Shown: positions 51,602-62,552 of the stretch, piece after piece
How the letters are laid out: each line of letters starts with the position of its first letter
How positions within the stretch are numbered: the first letter of the stretch is position 1
The notes under the pieces: model-generated
Databases searched by the model: none
What the model was told of the DNA's origin: nothing
The model's input: the letters and a program-made list of their open reading frames with translations, nothing else
Source: Acholeplasmataceae bacterium
GTDB lineage: Bacteria > Bacillota_I > Bacilli_A > Acholeplasmatales > Acholeplasmataceae
Reading direction: 5' to 3'
Assembly (NCBI GenBank): GCA_963667565.1
Contig: OY763415.1
Coordinates: 1,376,001-1,440,000 of the forward strand
Length of the DNA stretch: 64,000 nucleotides
Translations under genes and position numbers: made by a program

Positions 51602-52461
51602 AAAAAGTCGTCATCATAGGCCATGGACCTGCAGGAATTTCTGCAGCCATCTATCTAAAAAGATCAGGCATTGACCCTATCGTTATTGGAAAAGACTATG
51701 GGTCTTTTACTTATGATGAAATTCACATTGAAAATTATTATGGCTTTACTGAACCAATATCCGGCAAAGATTTAGTCGATCAAGGTATTGGGCAAGCAAA
51801 AAGATTAGGTATTGAAATCATCAATGATTCTGTCCTTGATCTAAAGATTAATATTGATGATACTTTTGAGATTGTAACACTTAAGCAAACTTTAAATGCT
51901 GAAGTGGTATTGCTTGCTACAGGGAAACAAAGATTAACACTTAACATTCCAGGCTTTAACAAGTTTAGAGGAAAAGGTATTAGTTTTTGTGCCACTTGTG
52001 ATGGTTACTTTTATCGTAAGAAAAAACTTGCTTTAATTGGTTGCGGTCCTTATATGCAACAAGAATTAAAAGAGTTAGAAAACCTCACGTCAGATATAAC
52101 TATTTTCACAGATGGAAAAACCTTAGAACAAAAGGCATCATATCCTGTTGTAACTGATAAAATCACTTCTTTTCTGGGTGAAACCAAGTTAACTTCTATC
52201 CAAACAGAGAACAATGTTTATGACACAGAAGGTGTATTTGTAGCCATTGGAACGCCAAGTTCCATTGACTTCGCTCAAAAATTAGGTGTCATTGTTGACA
52301 AAAATAGTCTTGTTGTCAATGAATCTTATCAAACAAATATTGACGGTTTGTTTGCTGCTGGTGATGTTGTTGGTGGTAAACTACAAATTGCAAAAGCTGT
52401 TTATGATGGCATGATGGTTGCTGATTCTATCCATCATTATTTAAAAAATAAAAAAGCATGA
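51598..52461 (+). CDS. Thioredoxin reductase-like flavoprotein
   Basis: GHGPAG FAD motif, CATC redox motif and FAAGD; overlaps trxA. Confidence 0.85.
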   Translation: MKKVVIIGHGPAGISAAIYLKRSGIDPIVIGKDYGSFTYDEIHIENYYGFTEPISGKDLVDQGIGQAKRLGIEIINDSVLDLKINIDDTFEIVTLKQTLNAEVVLLATGKQRLTLNIPGFNKFRGKGISFCATCDGYFYRKKKLALIGCGPYMQQELKELENLTSDITIFTDGKTLEQKASYPVVTDKITSFLGETKLTSIQTENNVYDTEGVFVAIGTPSSIDFAQKLGVIVDKNSLVVNESYQTNIDGLFAAGDVVGGKLQIAKAVYDGMMVADSIHHYLKNKKA

Positions 52462-52476
52462 AATCATGCTTTTTTT
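52451..52476. terminator. Bidirectional terminator
   Basis: aaaaagcatg-aaat-catgcttttt. Confidence 0.7.
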
Positions 52477-52481
52477 GTTGT

Positions 52482-54173
52482 TTATAATTTGGAATCATCA
52501 ATGCCATCAAGATAAGCTTTGATGGGTTCAATGACATCTTTAACAGTGCCGTCAACAAATGGATTTTGTAATCCAGCTGCACCAATGAGCTCAACGAAAC
52601 TCTTTGATCCACCTAATTTACATAATTCAATGTATTCTTCTACTGCTTTTTTATGGTCTTCTTGACTTTTAACCCAAAATTGGAAAGCACATACTTGAGC
52701 TAATGTATAGTCAATATAATAGAATGGTGCACCAAAAATGTGACCTTGTCTATACCAAAATGTTCCTTTTTCCATAAATGCATCATCATCATAATCTTTG
52801 AATGGTAAATATTTCTTTTCAATATCTCTCCATAAGGCTTTTCTTTCTTCTGGTGTCATATTTGGGTTTTCATAAACGCCATGTTGGAATTCATCAACAC
52901 TTACACCATATGGTAAGAATGAGATTGATGAAGCTAAATGATTAAATTTATATTTTTCAGTATCTTCTAAGAAGAATTGATTGACCCATGGCCATGCCAA
53001 GAATTCCATACTCATTGAGTGGATTTCAGCTGACTCCATCGTTGGCCAACGATAATCAGGAATTTGATCTCTACTTGAGAACACTTGGAAAGCATGTCCT
53101 GCTTCATGTGTTAATACATCTACATCGTGTGATGTACCATTAAAGTTAGCAAAAATAAATGGTGAATCATATTTAGGGATATATGTACAATATCCTCCAC
53201 CTTGTTTTCCTGGTTTTGAATCAAGGTCCAATAATTCTCTTTCAACCATGAAATCAATAAATTTACCGGTTGGCTCACTCATTTCATGATACATATTAAC
53301 TGCAATATCTAACATCCAATCTCTATCGCCTTTAGGTGTTGGATTACCTGATAAGAATGATAGTGCTAAGTCATATGATTTAGGAGATTTGATACCTAAA
53401 CGAATTGCTTTTCTTTGTGTAAGTTCATTAACTACAGGTACGACTTCTTTATAGATTTGATCACGGTAACCTTTAACATCTTTGCTGTTATAGTCTGTTC
53501 TACCGAAGCGATCATATCCAAGTTGAACAAAGTTTTCATAGCCTAATTTATGAGCGATTTCTGTTCTAACTTTGACCATATCATCATAAATTCTATCTAG
53601 TTGAGCTTCGTTTTCTTCAAAGAACTTAGAAACTGCAAGTTGAGCTCTATGTCTAACATCACGATCGGTGGATTGAACAAAAGGTGCCATTTGACTTAAA
53701 TTATAAGTGCCACCATCAAATTCAATTTGAGCAGATGCAATTAATTTAGAGTATTCAGTTGATAACTTGTTTTCTTTTTGAAGATCTGGAATAATCTCTG
53801 GTTTAAAAGTTTTTCTTGCAAGTTCACCACTTCTAAAAATTAAAGTGCCATACTTTTCTTCAAGAGCTTTTCTATTTTTAGAACTTAACAATTTGTCATT
53901 AAATTCATGACTATATTGTCCTAAAACGGGACCATTTTCATCAAAAAACGCTTGTTCTTCTTCATAAAACTTATCTTTAGTGTCAACGCTATTACGAATA
54001 GAAACTAAAGTTCCCATGGTTCCAATTTCATCAAAAGCTTTAAATAAATTTTCAATTGCTTGAACTTCTTCTTCTAATGAAACATCAGAGCCAATGACTT
54101 TAAGGTCTTTTTCTACAGTAGCTTTGAAGGCTTCTAGATCAGGTCTTTGATATTGATAATCTTTAAATTTCAT
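52482..54173 (-). CDS. M3 family oligoendopeptidase
   Basis: HEAGH, ESAEIHS and PFYYIDY. Confidence 0.93.
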   Translation of the reverse strand: MKFKDYQYQRPDLEAFKATVEKDLKVIGSDVSLEEEVQAIENLFKAFDEIGTMGTLVSIRNSVDTKDKFYEEEQAFFDENGPVLGQYSHEFNDKLLSSKNRKALEEKYGTLIFRSGELARKTFKPEIIPDLQKENKLSTEYSKLIASAQIEFDGGTYNLSQMAPFVQSTDRDVRHRAQLAVSKFFEENEAQLDRIYDDMVKVRTEIAHKLGYENFVQLGYDRFGRTDYNSKDVKGYRDQIYKEVVPVVNELTQRKAIRLGIKSPKSYDLALSFLSGNPTPKGDRDWMLDIAVNMYHEMSEPTGKFIDFMVERELLDLDSKPGKQGGGYCTYIPKYDSPFIFANFNGTSHDVDVLTHEAGHAFQVFSSRDQIPDYRWPTMESAEIHSMSMEFLAWPWVNQFFLEDTEKYKFNHLASSISFLPYGVSVDEFQHGVYENPNMTPEERKALWRDIEKKYLPFKDYDDDAFMEKGTFWYRQGHIFGAPFYYIDYTLAQVCAFQFWVKSQEDHKKAVEEYIELCKLGGSKSFVELIGAAGLQNPFVDGTVKDVIEPIKAYLDGIDDSKL

Positions 54174-54298
54174 ATTGCGCCTCTTTCTATATACTTATTA
54201 TTTATAAGTATAACATAATAATGATAAATACATAAGTTATTTATATTTCTTAACACAATCTCATATAAAACAAAGAAAAAAGGATGAAATCATCCTTT

Positions 54299-56899
54299 TT
54301 ATTTAAACACTTTAATTAATATTTGTTTCATATCTTCAACAAGCGGAAGACGTGGGTTTGCAGGACTACATTGGTCTTCGTAAGCTAGATAAGCCATAAG
54401 TTCAACATTATCCATATAATCTTTCTCGTTGACGCTTTGTTCTCTTAGACTCATTTTAATGCCTAAGCTTTCGCCTAAGTCATAAACAGCTTGTGCAAGT
54501 GATTCGACACCTTCTTCGACTGTTTTTGCTTTTAAACCTAATAGTCTTGCTACTTTTTGATATTTTTCATCAGCTACATAGAAATTATATTTTGGCCATG
54601 TAGCAAGTTTTGATGGTTTTTGACCATTGTATCTAATGACTTCAGGTAATAAAATTGCATTGATTCTACCATGAGGGACATGGAACAATCCGCCAATTTT
54701 ATGTGCCATTGAATGAGAAATACCTAAGAATGCATTACCAAAAGCCATACCTGCCATCGTTGATGCATTATGCATTTTTTCTCTTGCTTCAAAATCGTTT
54801 CCGTTATCAACTGCACGTTTTAAATACTTAAATACCATTTCAATTGCAGATAGTGCAAGTGCATCTGTATAGTCATTGGATAATGTAGATACATATGATT
54901 CAAGTGCATGTGTTAACACATCCATACCTGTATCAGCAGTCACTGATTTAGGTTGTGATAAGGTAAGTGCTGGATCTACAATAGCAACTGTTGGTGTTAA
55001 TGAGTAATCAGCTAGCGGATATTTTTTATTTTCTTTCTTATCTGTTATAACTGCAAAAGGTGTTACTTCACTACCTGTACCTGATGTTGTTGGAATACAA
55101 ACGAGTTTGCTCTTCTTACCAAGTTCTGGATATCTAAATGCACGTTTTCTAATATCCATGAATTTTTGTTTTAAGTCATTGAAATCAACTTCTGGATGTT
55201 CATAGAATAACCACATTGCTTTTGCTGCATCCATAGGTGAACCACCACCGATGGCAATAATTGTATCTGGTTCAAATGAACGCATAATTTGGAATCCTTT
55301 ATTGACTGTATCAATGGAAGGATCTGGTTCAACATCACAGAACAATTGAACTTGAACTTTATTTCTTCTTAAGTTAAGTTGATCTGTAATCTTTTGTACA
55401 TAACCTAAGTCAACCATCACTCTATCAGTGACTATAAAGACTTTTTCAACTTCATGCATTTGTCTTAAGTACTCAATAGAATCTCTTTCAAAATAAATCT
55501 TAGAAGGCACTTTAAACCATTGCATATTATTCTTTCTTCTTCCTATCTTTTTAATATTTAATAAATGAGTTGCACTAACGTTATCCCCGACACTATTATG
55601 TCCGTAGCTACCGCATCCTAGTGTAAGTGATGGGATGAATTGATTATATACTTGTCCAATACCTCCAAATGTTGTAGGAGAGTTATGAATGATTCTAATG
55701 GCTTTCATAGCAAGACCAAATTTTTGAACAACTTCTTTGTCTTCTGCATGAATACATGCGCTATGTCCCAAACCATTAAATTCGACCATTTGTTTAGATT
55801 TTAAAATACCTTCTTCTTCTGTCTTAACATCATAAAATGCTAAGATTGGAGACAGCTTTTCTCTGCTAAATGGTTCCAATTCACCAACTTCTTGACAAAC
55901 AACACCTAAGATAACTGTGTTAGCTGGAACTTCAATACCGACTTGCTTAGCAATAGATACAGCAGATTGTCCTACAATAGATGCATTTAATTTTGCTTTT
56001 GCACCATCTTTATAATCAGATACACCAAATGCTAATTGCATTAATTTTAATTTTTCTTCTTCATTTAAAATATATGTACCAAATTGTTTAAAGCGATTCA
56101 TTGCTTCTTTGTATAACTCATGATCAATGAAACATGCTTGTTCAGATGCGCAAACCATTCCGTTATCAAATGCTTTAGACATCACGACATCATTAACCGC
56201 TTGTTTTAAGTTTGCTGTTTTATGAATGTATGCTGGTACATTTCCTGCACCAACACCTAATGCTGGTTTACCGCATGAATAAGCAGCTTTAACCATCGCA
56301 TTTCCACCAGTAGCAAGTATTAAACTTACACCTTCATGATTCATAAGTTCACTGGTCGCTTCCATTGAAGGTGTTTCAATCCATTGAATACAATGTTCTG
56401 GTGCACCTGCAGCAACTGCTGCATCTCTGACAACACGTGCCGCTTCAATTGAACATTGTTGTGCATTTGGATGAAACGAGAAAATAATTGGATTTCTAGT
56501 TTTTAAAGAAATGATACTTTTAAAAATTGCTGTTGATGTTGGATTTGTTACTGGAACAATACCACAAATAACACCTACTGGATCTGCAATCATTGTGATG
56601 CCACTGACATCATCCTCACTAATCACACCTACTGTTTTTAAATGTCTGATGTGATTCACTACATATTCTACTGCAAATAAATTCTTTGTTGCCTTATCTT
56701 CAAAAACGCCTCTTTTTGTTTCGTTAACCGCTGCTAAAGCAAGTCTTCCATGAGCTTCAAGAGCTGCTACAGAAACTTTAGCAATAATGTGGTCAACTTG
56801 TTCTTGAGTAAACGTATAAAAAGTCTCAAGAGCATTTTGAGCATTTTGAACAAGACCATTGACTTGAGACGCTACTGTCTCTTTCATGTCTTTTTCCAT
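54299..56899 (-). CDS. adhE: Bifunctional acetaldehyde-CoA/alcohol dehydrogenase
   Basis: ALDH half (PVTNPTS, FDNGMVCASE) joined to an Fe-ADH half (GGGSPMD, HSMAH). Confidence 0.97.
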   Translation of the reverse strand: MEKDMKETVASQVNGLVQNAQNALETFYTFTQEQVDHIIAKVSVAALEAHGRLALAAVNETKRGVFEDKATKNLFAVEYVVNHIRHLKTVGVISEDDVSGITMIADPVGVICGIVPVTNPTSTAIFKSIISLKTRNPIIFSFHPNAQQCSIEAARVVRDAAVAAGAPEHCIQWIETPSMEATSELMNHEGVSLILATGGNAMVKAAYSCGKPALGVGAGNVPAYIHKTANLKQAVNDVVMSKAFDNGMVCASEQACFIDHELYKEAMNRFKQFGTYILNEEEKLKLMQLAFGVSDYKDGAKAKLNASIVGQSAVSIAKQVGIEVPANTVILGVVCQEVGELEPFSREKLSPILAFYDVKTEEEGILKSKQMVEFNGLGHSACIHAEDKEVVQKFGLAMKAIRIIHNSPTTFGGIGQVYNQFIPSLTLGCGSYGHNSVGDNVSATHLLNIKKIGRRKNNMQWFKVPSKIYFERDSIEYLRQMHEVEKVFIVTDRVMVDLGYVQKITDQLNLRRNKVQVQLFCDVEPDPSIDTVNKGFQIMRSFEPDTIIAIGGGSPMDAAKAMWLFYEHPEVDFNDLKQKFMDIRKRAFRYPELGKKSKLVCIPTTSGTGSEVTPFAVITDKKENKKYPLADYSLTPTVAIVDPALTLSQPKSVTADTGMDVLTHALESYVSTLSNDYTDALALSAIEMVFKYLKRAVDNGNDFEAREKMHNASTMAGMAFGNAFLGISHSMAHKIGGLFHVPHGRINAILLPEVIRYNGQKPSKLATWPKYNFYVADEKYQKVARLLGLKAKTVEEGVESLAQAVYDLGESLGIKMSLREQSVNEKDYMDNVELMAYLAYEDQCSPANPRLPLVEDMKQILIKVFK

Positions 56900-57045
56900 G
56901 ATTAAGTTTTCCTTTCGAGTTTGTTACCTATATTTTTTCACCTTTATCATGAATTTGCAATAAGGAGTAAACTGTAAAACGTTTTCTTAAAAATGAAAAT
57001 GTTTACATGATACTTATACTAAATTATAAGATGAAACTTAAAAAT

Positions 57046-57072
57046 AAAAACCTCTAAATTTTAGAGGTTTTT
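57046..57072 (-). terminator. Terminator after the nuclease lipoprotein gene
   Basis: aaaaacctctaaa-t-tttagaggttttt. Confidence 0.75.
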
Positions 57073-57081
57073 TAAGTTCTT

Positions 57082-58536
57082 TTAATTTGCGTAAATATAA
57101 TCGATGAATTCAGGGTGATCAATAAATGGGTTTCTATTACCTTGTAATTCATATATTTTTTCATTTCTATAAAGTTCAAATGCATCCACAGGATCATTAG
57201 CTGCCCATTGTAGCAATGTTGCTAAATCGCCCATTTGATAAACATTTGGATCACCTGATGAAATATTGATTAAATGAAGATTTGAATACATTAAATCCAT
57301 ATAAAGTAAGATTCTAGCAACATCTCCTTTAACAGCATTTCTTGGTGCATAACTATATGTCGTCGTTGTATTTGCATACCATTTATTCCCACGACTAGAG
57401 TTTTCATTTGGATTAGCAGGTTTTAAGTTTTGTAAATCTGATGCTTGATTAACAACACTATTATCAGCGCTAACGCCAAGTAAAGATTGTGGCCAAACAT
57501 GTTCTCTGTTCCAAGTTGCACCACCATCCCAATATCCTGATACTGATGTCCCTTTATAAACAAGAATAAGGTTTGAACTATTCGTAGGATCAACATCTGT
57601 ATCATCTAACATATATCTTGCATCACCATAAGTGACTCCGTGGAATCCTGTGTTAATGATTGTGTGTAATTGATTATATAATTCATCTCCAAATAATCCT
57701 GTAACACTTGCATAATAACCGGTATAAGTTGATTCTTCAATCCATTTTGCATAAACAACAACACTTTCATATGGCATGTAGTTAAATGTAAAACTTTGAG
57801 TAAGTGCTTGATCACTAAACCAACCTAAGAATGTATATCCATCTTTAGTAGGATCTGTTGGTTCTGAAATAGACACACCACCATTTGCTGCAATTTGAGA
57901 AACTGCACTACCACCATTACTATCAAAAGTAATTGTATAAACATTGGTATCTATATAATTCCATTTTGCATATAAAGTGATATCACCACTTGGCATTGTA
58001 GAAAACGTAAATTGTCTTAAGTAATTTGTTGTTGAATACCAACCCGCAAATTCATAATCTGCTCTTGTTGGATTTTCTGGTGCTGTAATTTGATCACCTT
58101 CAGCGGCAATAATTGGGTCTACTGCTGATCCACCTTGTGTATCAAATGTGATCTTATACATGCTACTTTCATTTAATCCGATGACTGTTACATAAACATA
58201 ACCGAAAGTAATTTCATCTGCATAATTAAGTGTATACATGAGTGTGACATCCTGATCACTATCGCCTCTAGTGACAATACCATCATTGGTAATTGCTATA
58301 GGATTGTAACTCATCCAACTGATCTCTGCGCTACTATCTAACTCTGATGTTGTTGGAAAACCAAGATTTGAAGTGACATAGTTTGCTTGATCCCCATCAG
58401 CATAATCAATTGTAATAGCAGCAGCTATTTCATCAATTGTATAATCGTATGTCGGTCCCGAAATGATTGGGTCACAACTTGAAAGTAAGAGTAGAGATCC
58501 AATAAAGAATAATAACATTAAGCTTTTTTTTATCAT
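57082..58536 (-). CDS. Lipoprotein with Ig-like domain, two InlB B repeats and an endonuclease I (Bsn-like) domain
   Basis: Lipobox LSSC; WNREHVWPQS, NSSRGN, KGDVAR and QGNRNPFID. Confidence 0.9.
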   Translation of the reverse strand: MIKKSLMLLFFIGSLLLLSSCDPIISGPTYDYTIDEIAAAITIDYADGDQANYVTSNLGFPTTSELDSSAEISWMSYNPIAITNDGIVTRGDSDQDVTLMYTLNYADEITFGYVYVTVIGLNESSMYKITFDTQGGSAVDPIIAAEGDQITAPENPTRADYEFAGWYSTTNYLRQFTFSTMPSGDITLYAKWNYIDTNVYTITFDSNGGSAVSQIAANGGVSISEPTDPTKDGYTFLGWFSDQALTQSFTFNYMPYESVVVYAKWIEESTYTGYYASVTGLFGDELYNQLHTIINTGFHGVTYGDARYMLDDTDVDPTNSSNLILVYKGTSVSGYWDGGATWNREHVWPQSLLGVSADNSVVNQASDLQNLKPANPNENSSRGNKWYANTTTTYSYAPRNAVKGDVARILLYMDLMYSNLHLINISSGDPNVYQMGDLATLLQWAANDPVDAFELYRNEKIYELQGNRNPFIDHPEFIDYIYAN

Positions 58537-58600
58537 TGGAAAAACTCCTTCATTTATGAGTGCATATTTATTATATAACGACTATTCTATTTATACAATA

Positions 58601-58625
58601 AAAAAAACAAGCTTACGCTTGTTTT
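58601..58625 (-). terminator. Terminator of the alpha operon
   Basis: aaaacaagc-ttac-gcttgtttt. Confidence 0.75.
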
Positions 58626-58630
58626 AATCA

Positions 58631-58987
58631 TTATACAAATTCAATAATTGCCATTGGCGCAGCATCGCCACGTCTTGGAACTGTTTTAATAATTCTAGTG
58701 TAACCGCCTGTGCGATCTTTATATCTTGGACCGATTTCATCAAATAATTTTTGAAGTGCATTTTGTCCTTCTTTAACTTCTTCAAAACGAACAGTTTCAG
58801 CAGCTTGTCTACGAGAAGCTAATGAACCATCTTTTGCTAAAGTCACCATCTTGTCAGCTAACTTTTTTAATTCTTTAGCTTTAGATTCTGTTGTAACAAT
58901 GCGTTCATTAATGATAATATCAGTTACTAAGTCGCGTAATAATGCTTTTCTTTGATCGCTTGTGCGTCCTAATCTACGATAACCCAT
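58631..58987 (-). CDS. rplQ: 50S ribosomal protein L17
   Basis: [14 protein letters not shown]...GGYTRI...RRGDAA. Confidence 0.98.
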   Translation of the reverse strand: MGYRRLGRTSDQRKALLRDLVTDIIINERIVTTESKAKELKKLADKMVTLAKDGSLASRRQAAETVRFEEVKEGQNALQKLFDEIGPRYKDRTGGYTRIIKTVPRRGDAAPMAIIEFV

Positions 58988-58992
58988 GGTAT

Positions 58993-59982
58993 TTACTCCT
59001 TATCTTCATCGTCTAAACTAAACTTAGTTTCTTTATTCGATGTATTTTCAAATTCAAGACCATGTTCAGAAAGTTTTTCTTTTAATTCTTTAAAAGACTT
59101 TCTTCCTAAACTACGAAGTCTCATGACATCTTCTTCTGTCATTTTAATGATTTGTGCAACTGTATAAATACCTGAACGTTTTAAACTATTGAATAGTCTT
59201 ACAGATAAATCAAGTTGTTCAATCTTCATTTCTAATTTTTTATTCACTGGTTCTTCTTCTTGTTCATAGATGAAATCAGCATCTTTTGCAAGTTCACTAA
59301 TTTCACTAATCACAGCAAAGTAGTCAATAAGCATTTTTGAAGCTAATCCTAAAGCGTCTTTTGCTTCAATTGCGCCGTTAGTTTCGATTTCTAATGTAAG
59401 TTCATCTTCATCGCCACGTGTTTTTTCAATATGATATGATACACGTTCAACTGGTGTATAGATAGAATCGATTGGGATAACACTTTTTTCATTCTTGCTA
59501 TAAGCTTTATTCTTCTCTGCAGATACATAACCAACACCGCGTCTGATTGTTACAACCATAGATAATGAGCCGTTTTCTGATAAAGTAGCAATCACTTGAT
59601 CAGGGTTAACCACTTCAACACCATCAACATGCGTAAAATCAGCAGCTGTTACTTTTCCAGCACCTACTGCATATAATTCTAATTTTTGTTCAAAATCAGG
59701 ATCATCAGATTCAACAGTGAAAATAACTTTCTTTAAGTTTAATACAATACCCATAACGTCTTCATAAACGCCATCGATTGTAGAAAACTCATGCTCTACA
59801 CCATCAATTTTAATATTGACGATTGCAGCACCTGGAAGTGAAGATAATAATACACGTCTTAAGGCGTTCCCAAGTGTAATACCATAACCACGTTCTAATG
59901 GTTTAATGACAAACTTACCTTTTGTGCCATCAACTGAAATCTCTTCAACTGAAGTTGGTTTTTCAAACTTTAAGTCTTTCAT
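58993..59982 (-). CDS. rpoA: RNA polymerase alpha subunit
   Basis: [21 protein letters not shown]; alpha-[14 protein letters not shown]. Confidence 0.98.
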   Translation of the reverse strand: MKDLKFEKPTSVEEISVDGTKGKFVIKPLERGYGITLGNALRRVLLSSLPGAAIVNIKIDGVEHEFSTIDGVYEDVMGIVLNLKKVIFTVESDDPDFEQKLELYAVGAGKVTAADFTHVDGVEVVNPDQVIATLSENGSLSMVVTIRRGVGYVSAEKNKAYSKNEKSVIPIDSIYTPVERVSYHIEKTRGDEDELTLEIETNGAIEAKDALGLASKMLIDYFAVISEISELAKDADFIYEQEEEPVNKKLEMKIEQLDLSVRLFNSLKRSGIYTVAQIIKMTEEDVMRLRSLGRKSFKELKEKLSEHGLEFENTSNKETKFSLDDEDKE

Positions 59983-60000
59983 TCGTTATCCCTCCTATGA

Positions 60001-60387
60001 TTATCCACGTGGACGTTTTGGTGGTCTACATCCATTATGTGGTACTGGTGTTACGTCTTTAATAGCTGTAATTTCTAACCCTGCAGCTTGTAATGAACGA
60101 ATTGCTGCTTCACGTCCAGGACCTGGACCTTTAACATTAACTTCGACTTTAATCATACCTTGATCCATTGCACCTTTTGCAGCAGCTTCTGCTGAATTTT
60201 GTGCAGCGAATGGTGTAGATTTCTTGCTGCCTTTAAACCCTAGTGCACCAGCACTGCTCCATGCAACAGCATTACCATCCATATCAGTAATGGTTACAAT
60301 TGTATTATTAAAAGTTGTGTGAATGTGTGCAACACCAAGGGGAATATTCTTTTTAACTCTACGTTTCGTAGTTTTCTTACGTGCCAT
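60001..60387 (-). CDS. rpsK: 30S ribosomal protein S11
   Basis: [11 protein letters not shown] and [14 protein letters not shown]. Confidence 0.98.
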   Translation of the reverse strand: MARKKTTKRRVKKNIPLGVAHIHTTFNNTIVTITDMDGNAVAWSSAGALGFKGSKKSTPFAAQNSAEAAAKGAMDQGMIKVEVNVKGPGPGREAAIRSLQAAGLEITAIKDVTPVPHNGCRPPKRPRG

Positions 60388-60400
60388 GTCTTATTCCTCC

Positions 60401-60766
60401 TTATTTCTTCTTACCGGCAATTGCCTTTGGTTTACCTTTTCTTGTACGCGCATTATTTCTTGTGTTTTGACCACGTACTGGTAAACTTCTACGATGTCTC
60501 ATACCTCTGTATGAACCGATTTCCATTAAACGTTTAATGTTCATAGTGACTTCTCTTCTTAAATCACCTTCAACAGTGTACTTAGCTACTTCAGTACGAA
60601 TTCTTGATAATTCATCTTCAGTAAGTGCGTGTACACGCGCATCTTCAGACACTTCTGCGTCCTTTAGTATTTGTTTTGATGTTGTCAAACCAATACCATA
60701 AATATAAGTTAACGAAACCACGACACGTTTGTTACGTGGAATGTCGATACCTGCTATTCTAGCCAT
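60401..60766 (-). CDS. rpsM: 30S ribosomal protein S13
   Basis: [10 protein letters not shown] and [17 protein letters not shown]. Confidence 0.98.
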   Translation of the reverse strand: MARIAGIDIPRNKRVVVSLTYIYGIGLTTSKQILKDAEVSEDARVHALTEDELSRIRTEVAKYTVEGDLRREVTMNIKRLMEIGSYRGMRHRRSLPVRGQNTRNNARTRKGKPKAIAGKKK

Positions 60767-60777
60767 ATTTCCTCCTA

Positions 60778-60894
60778 CTAACCTTGTCTTTGGTTATGTC
60801 TTCTATTTTTTTTATTAATAACGTAAACTTTGCCTTTACGTCTTACAATGATATCATCTTCACTGCGTTTTTTTACGGATGCTCTAACTTTCAT
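60778..60894 (-). CDS. rpmJ: 50S ribosomal protein L36, Cys-less form
   Basis: Not in ORF track. [46 protein letters not shown], located between infA and rpsM. Confidence 0.95.
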   Translation of the reverse strand: MKVRASVKKRSEDDIIVRRKGKVYVINKKNRRHNQRQG

Positions 60895-60905
60895 ATATAT
60901 CCTCC

Positions 60906-61127
60906 TTATTTGCGACGATATGTAATTCGGCCACGTGTTAAATCGTATGGTGATAATTCTACTGTTACTTTATCACCAGGTAAAATGCGTATGTTATTCA
61001 TGCGGATTTTACCGGATACATGTGCTAATACAATATGTCCATTCTGTATAAGTTCTACCTTAAATTTCGTATTTGGTAATACTTCTATTACGCGAGCTTC
61101 TGCCTCTATTAAATCTTGTCTTGCCAT
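60906..61127 (-). CDS. infA: Translation initiation factor IF-1
   Basis: LAHVSGKIR...[20 protein letters not shown]. Confidence 0.98.
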   Translation of the reverse strand: MARQDLIEAEARVIEVLPNTKFKVELIQNGHIVLAHVSGKIRMNNIRILPGDKVTVELSPYDLTRGRITYRRK

Positions 61128-61131
61128 AGAT

Positions 61132-61890
61132 TCACTCCTTTTTTAGAGATGTCAAAATTTCATGTCCAGTTTCTGTGATTAATATCATATGCTCAAAATG
61201 TGCACTGGGTTTGTGGTCTGTTGTAATTGTTGTCCAATTATCCTTAAGTACTCTTACATGTTTAGTACCTAAATTTAACATGGGTTCAACACAAATCGTC
61301 ATGCCTGGTTTAAGTACAGGCCCAACATGTGGTTGTCCGTAATTTGGAACAAATGGATCTTCATGTAAACTTCTGCCAATACCATGTCCTGTAAACTCCT
61401 CAACAATGCCATAACCATAAGGTTTAACAAATGATTCGATTGCATGTGAAATGTCTTGTACATGATTGCCAGGAACGGCAAATTTCAATCCTTCGTAAAG
61501 TGATGCTTCAGTGATTTCTAATAGTTTTTTAACTTCATCACTGACTTCACCTACTGGATAAGTGGTTGCAGAATCGGCATGATAGCCTTTATAATTTACA
61601 CCAAAATCTAATGTCACGATATCGCCCTCTTTAAGTTTAACACTTTCAGATGGAATACCATGAACTACAACTTCATTAACTGAAGCACAAATTGATCCTG
61701 GAAAACCTTGATACCCTTTAAATGAAGGTGTACCACCAAGACTTCTAATGTGGGTTTCGGCGAGCTGATCGAGATGAAATGTGGAAACGCCTGGATGAAT
61801 ATGGTTTTTAACCATTTGTCTGGTTAACTCTAAAATTCTTCCAGCTTCTCTCATCAACTCGATCTCGCGATTTGATTTAATTTGAATCAA
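61132..61890 (-). CDS. map: Methionine aminopeptidase type I
   Basis: [19 protein letters not shown] and SAHFEH. Confidence 0.97.
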   Translation of the reverse strand: MIQIKSNREIELMREAGRILELTRQMVKNHIHPGVSTFHLDQLAETHIRSLGGTPSFKGYQGFPGSICASVNEVVVHGIPSESVKLKEGDIVTLDFGVNYKGYHADSATTYPVGEVSDEVKKLLEITEASLYEGLKFAVPGNHVQDISHAIESFVKPYGYGIVEEFTGHGIGRSLHEDPFVPNYGQPHVGPVLKPGMTICVEPMLNLGTKHVRVLKDNWTTITTDHKPSAHFEHMILITETGHEILTSLKKE

Positions 61891-62537
61891 TTGACCTCAC
61901 CTAAAACTTTCATAATTTGTTCATTTGTGTCGCTAATTTCTTTCGAGCCATCAATATGAACACATAATTTTTGCTTTTCATAATAACCAACAACTGGTTT
62001 TGTTTGTTCAAGATATATCTCAATACGATTAAGTACTGTTTCTTCTTGATCATCAACTCTTTGTATCAAATGTCCACCATCTAAATCACAGATGCCTTCT
62101 ACTTTAGGTTTATTGTTTTCGATATGATAAACTGCTCCACATGACTCACACACACGGCGTCCACTTATTCTTCCAATAAGTGTTTCCTTGTCCGCTTGAA
62201 TATCGATGACAGCATCAATCTTCCAACCTTTACTCTTCATGATTTGATCTAGTGCTTCTGCTTGAGCAAGATTACGAGGATATCCATCGAATAGGAATCC
62301 ATTTAGGACATCCTCTTTGTCTAATCTCAAACGAACAATTTCATTGGTGATGTCATCTGGAACGAGTTCACCACGATCAATGTAAGATTTAGCAATTTTT
62401 CCAATCTCGGAATCACCACTAAATAATTCTCTAAATATATCACCTGTAGAAATGTGTGGAATATGATAGTGCTTAATTAATAATTTAGATTCAGTACCCT
62501 TACCAACACCTGGCGGGCCCATGATAATTAAACGCAT
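61887..62537 (-). CDS. adk: Adenylate kinase
   Basis: [23 protein letters not shown] and a Zn-type LID. Confidence 0.97.
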   Translation of the reverse strand: MRLIIMGPPGVGKGTESKLLIKHYHIPHISTGDIFRELFSGDSEIGKIAKSYIDRGELVPDDITNEIVRLRLDKEDVLNGFLFDGYPRNLAQAEALDQIMKSKGWKIDAVIDIQADKETLIGRISGRRVCESCGAVYHIENNKPKVEGICDLDGGHLIQRVDDQEETVLNRIEIYLEQTKPVVGYYEKQKLCVHIDGSKEISDTNEQIMKVLGEVN

Positions 62538-62552
62538 TCCATCATCTCCTGA

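Noticed and set aside
52451..54300. Similar palindromes flanking the M3 peptidase gene (gcatgaaatcatgc and ggatgaaatcatcc) as mobile-element ends
   Set aside because: Each sits at a gene 3' end with A/T tails, so they are ordinary intrinsic terminators.
56915..56945. Rex operator upstream of adhE
   Set aside because: TTGTTA...TTCAC half-sites have the wrong spacing for TTGTGAA-N4-TTCACAA.
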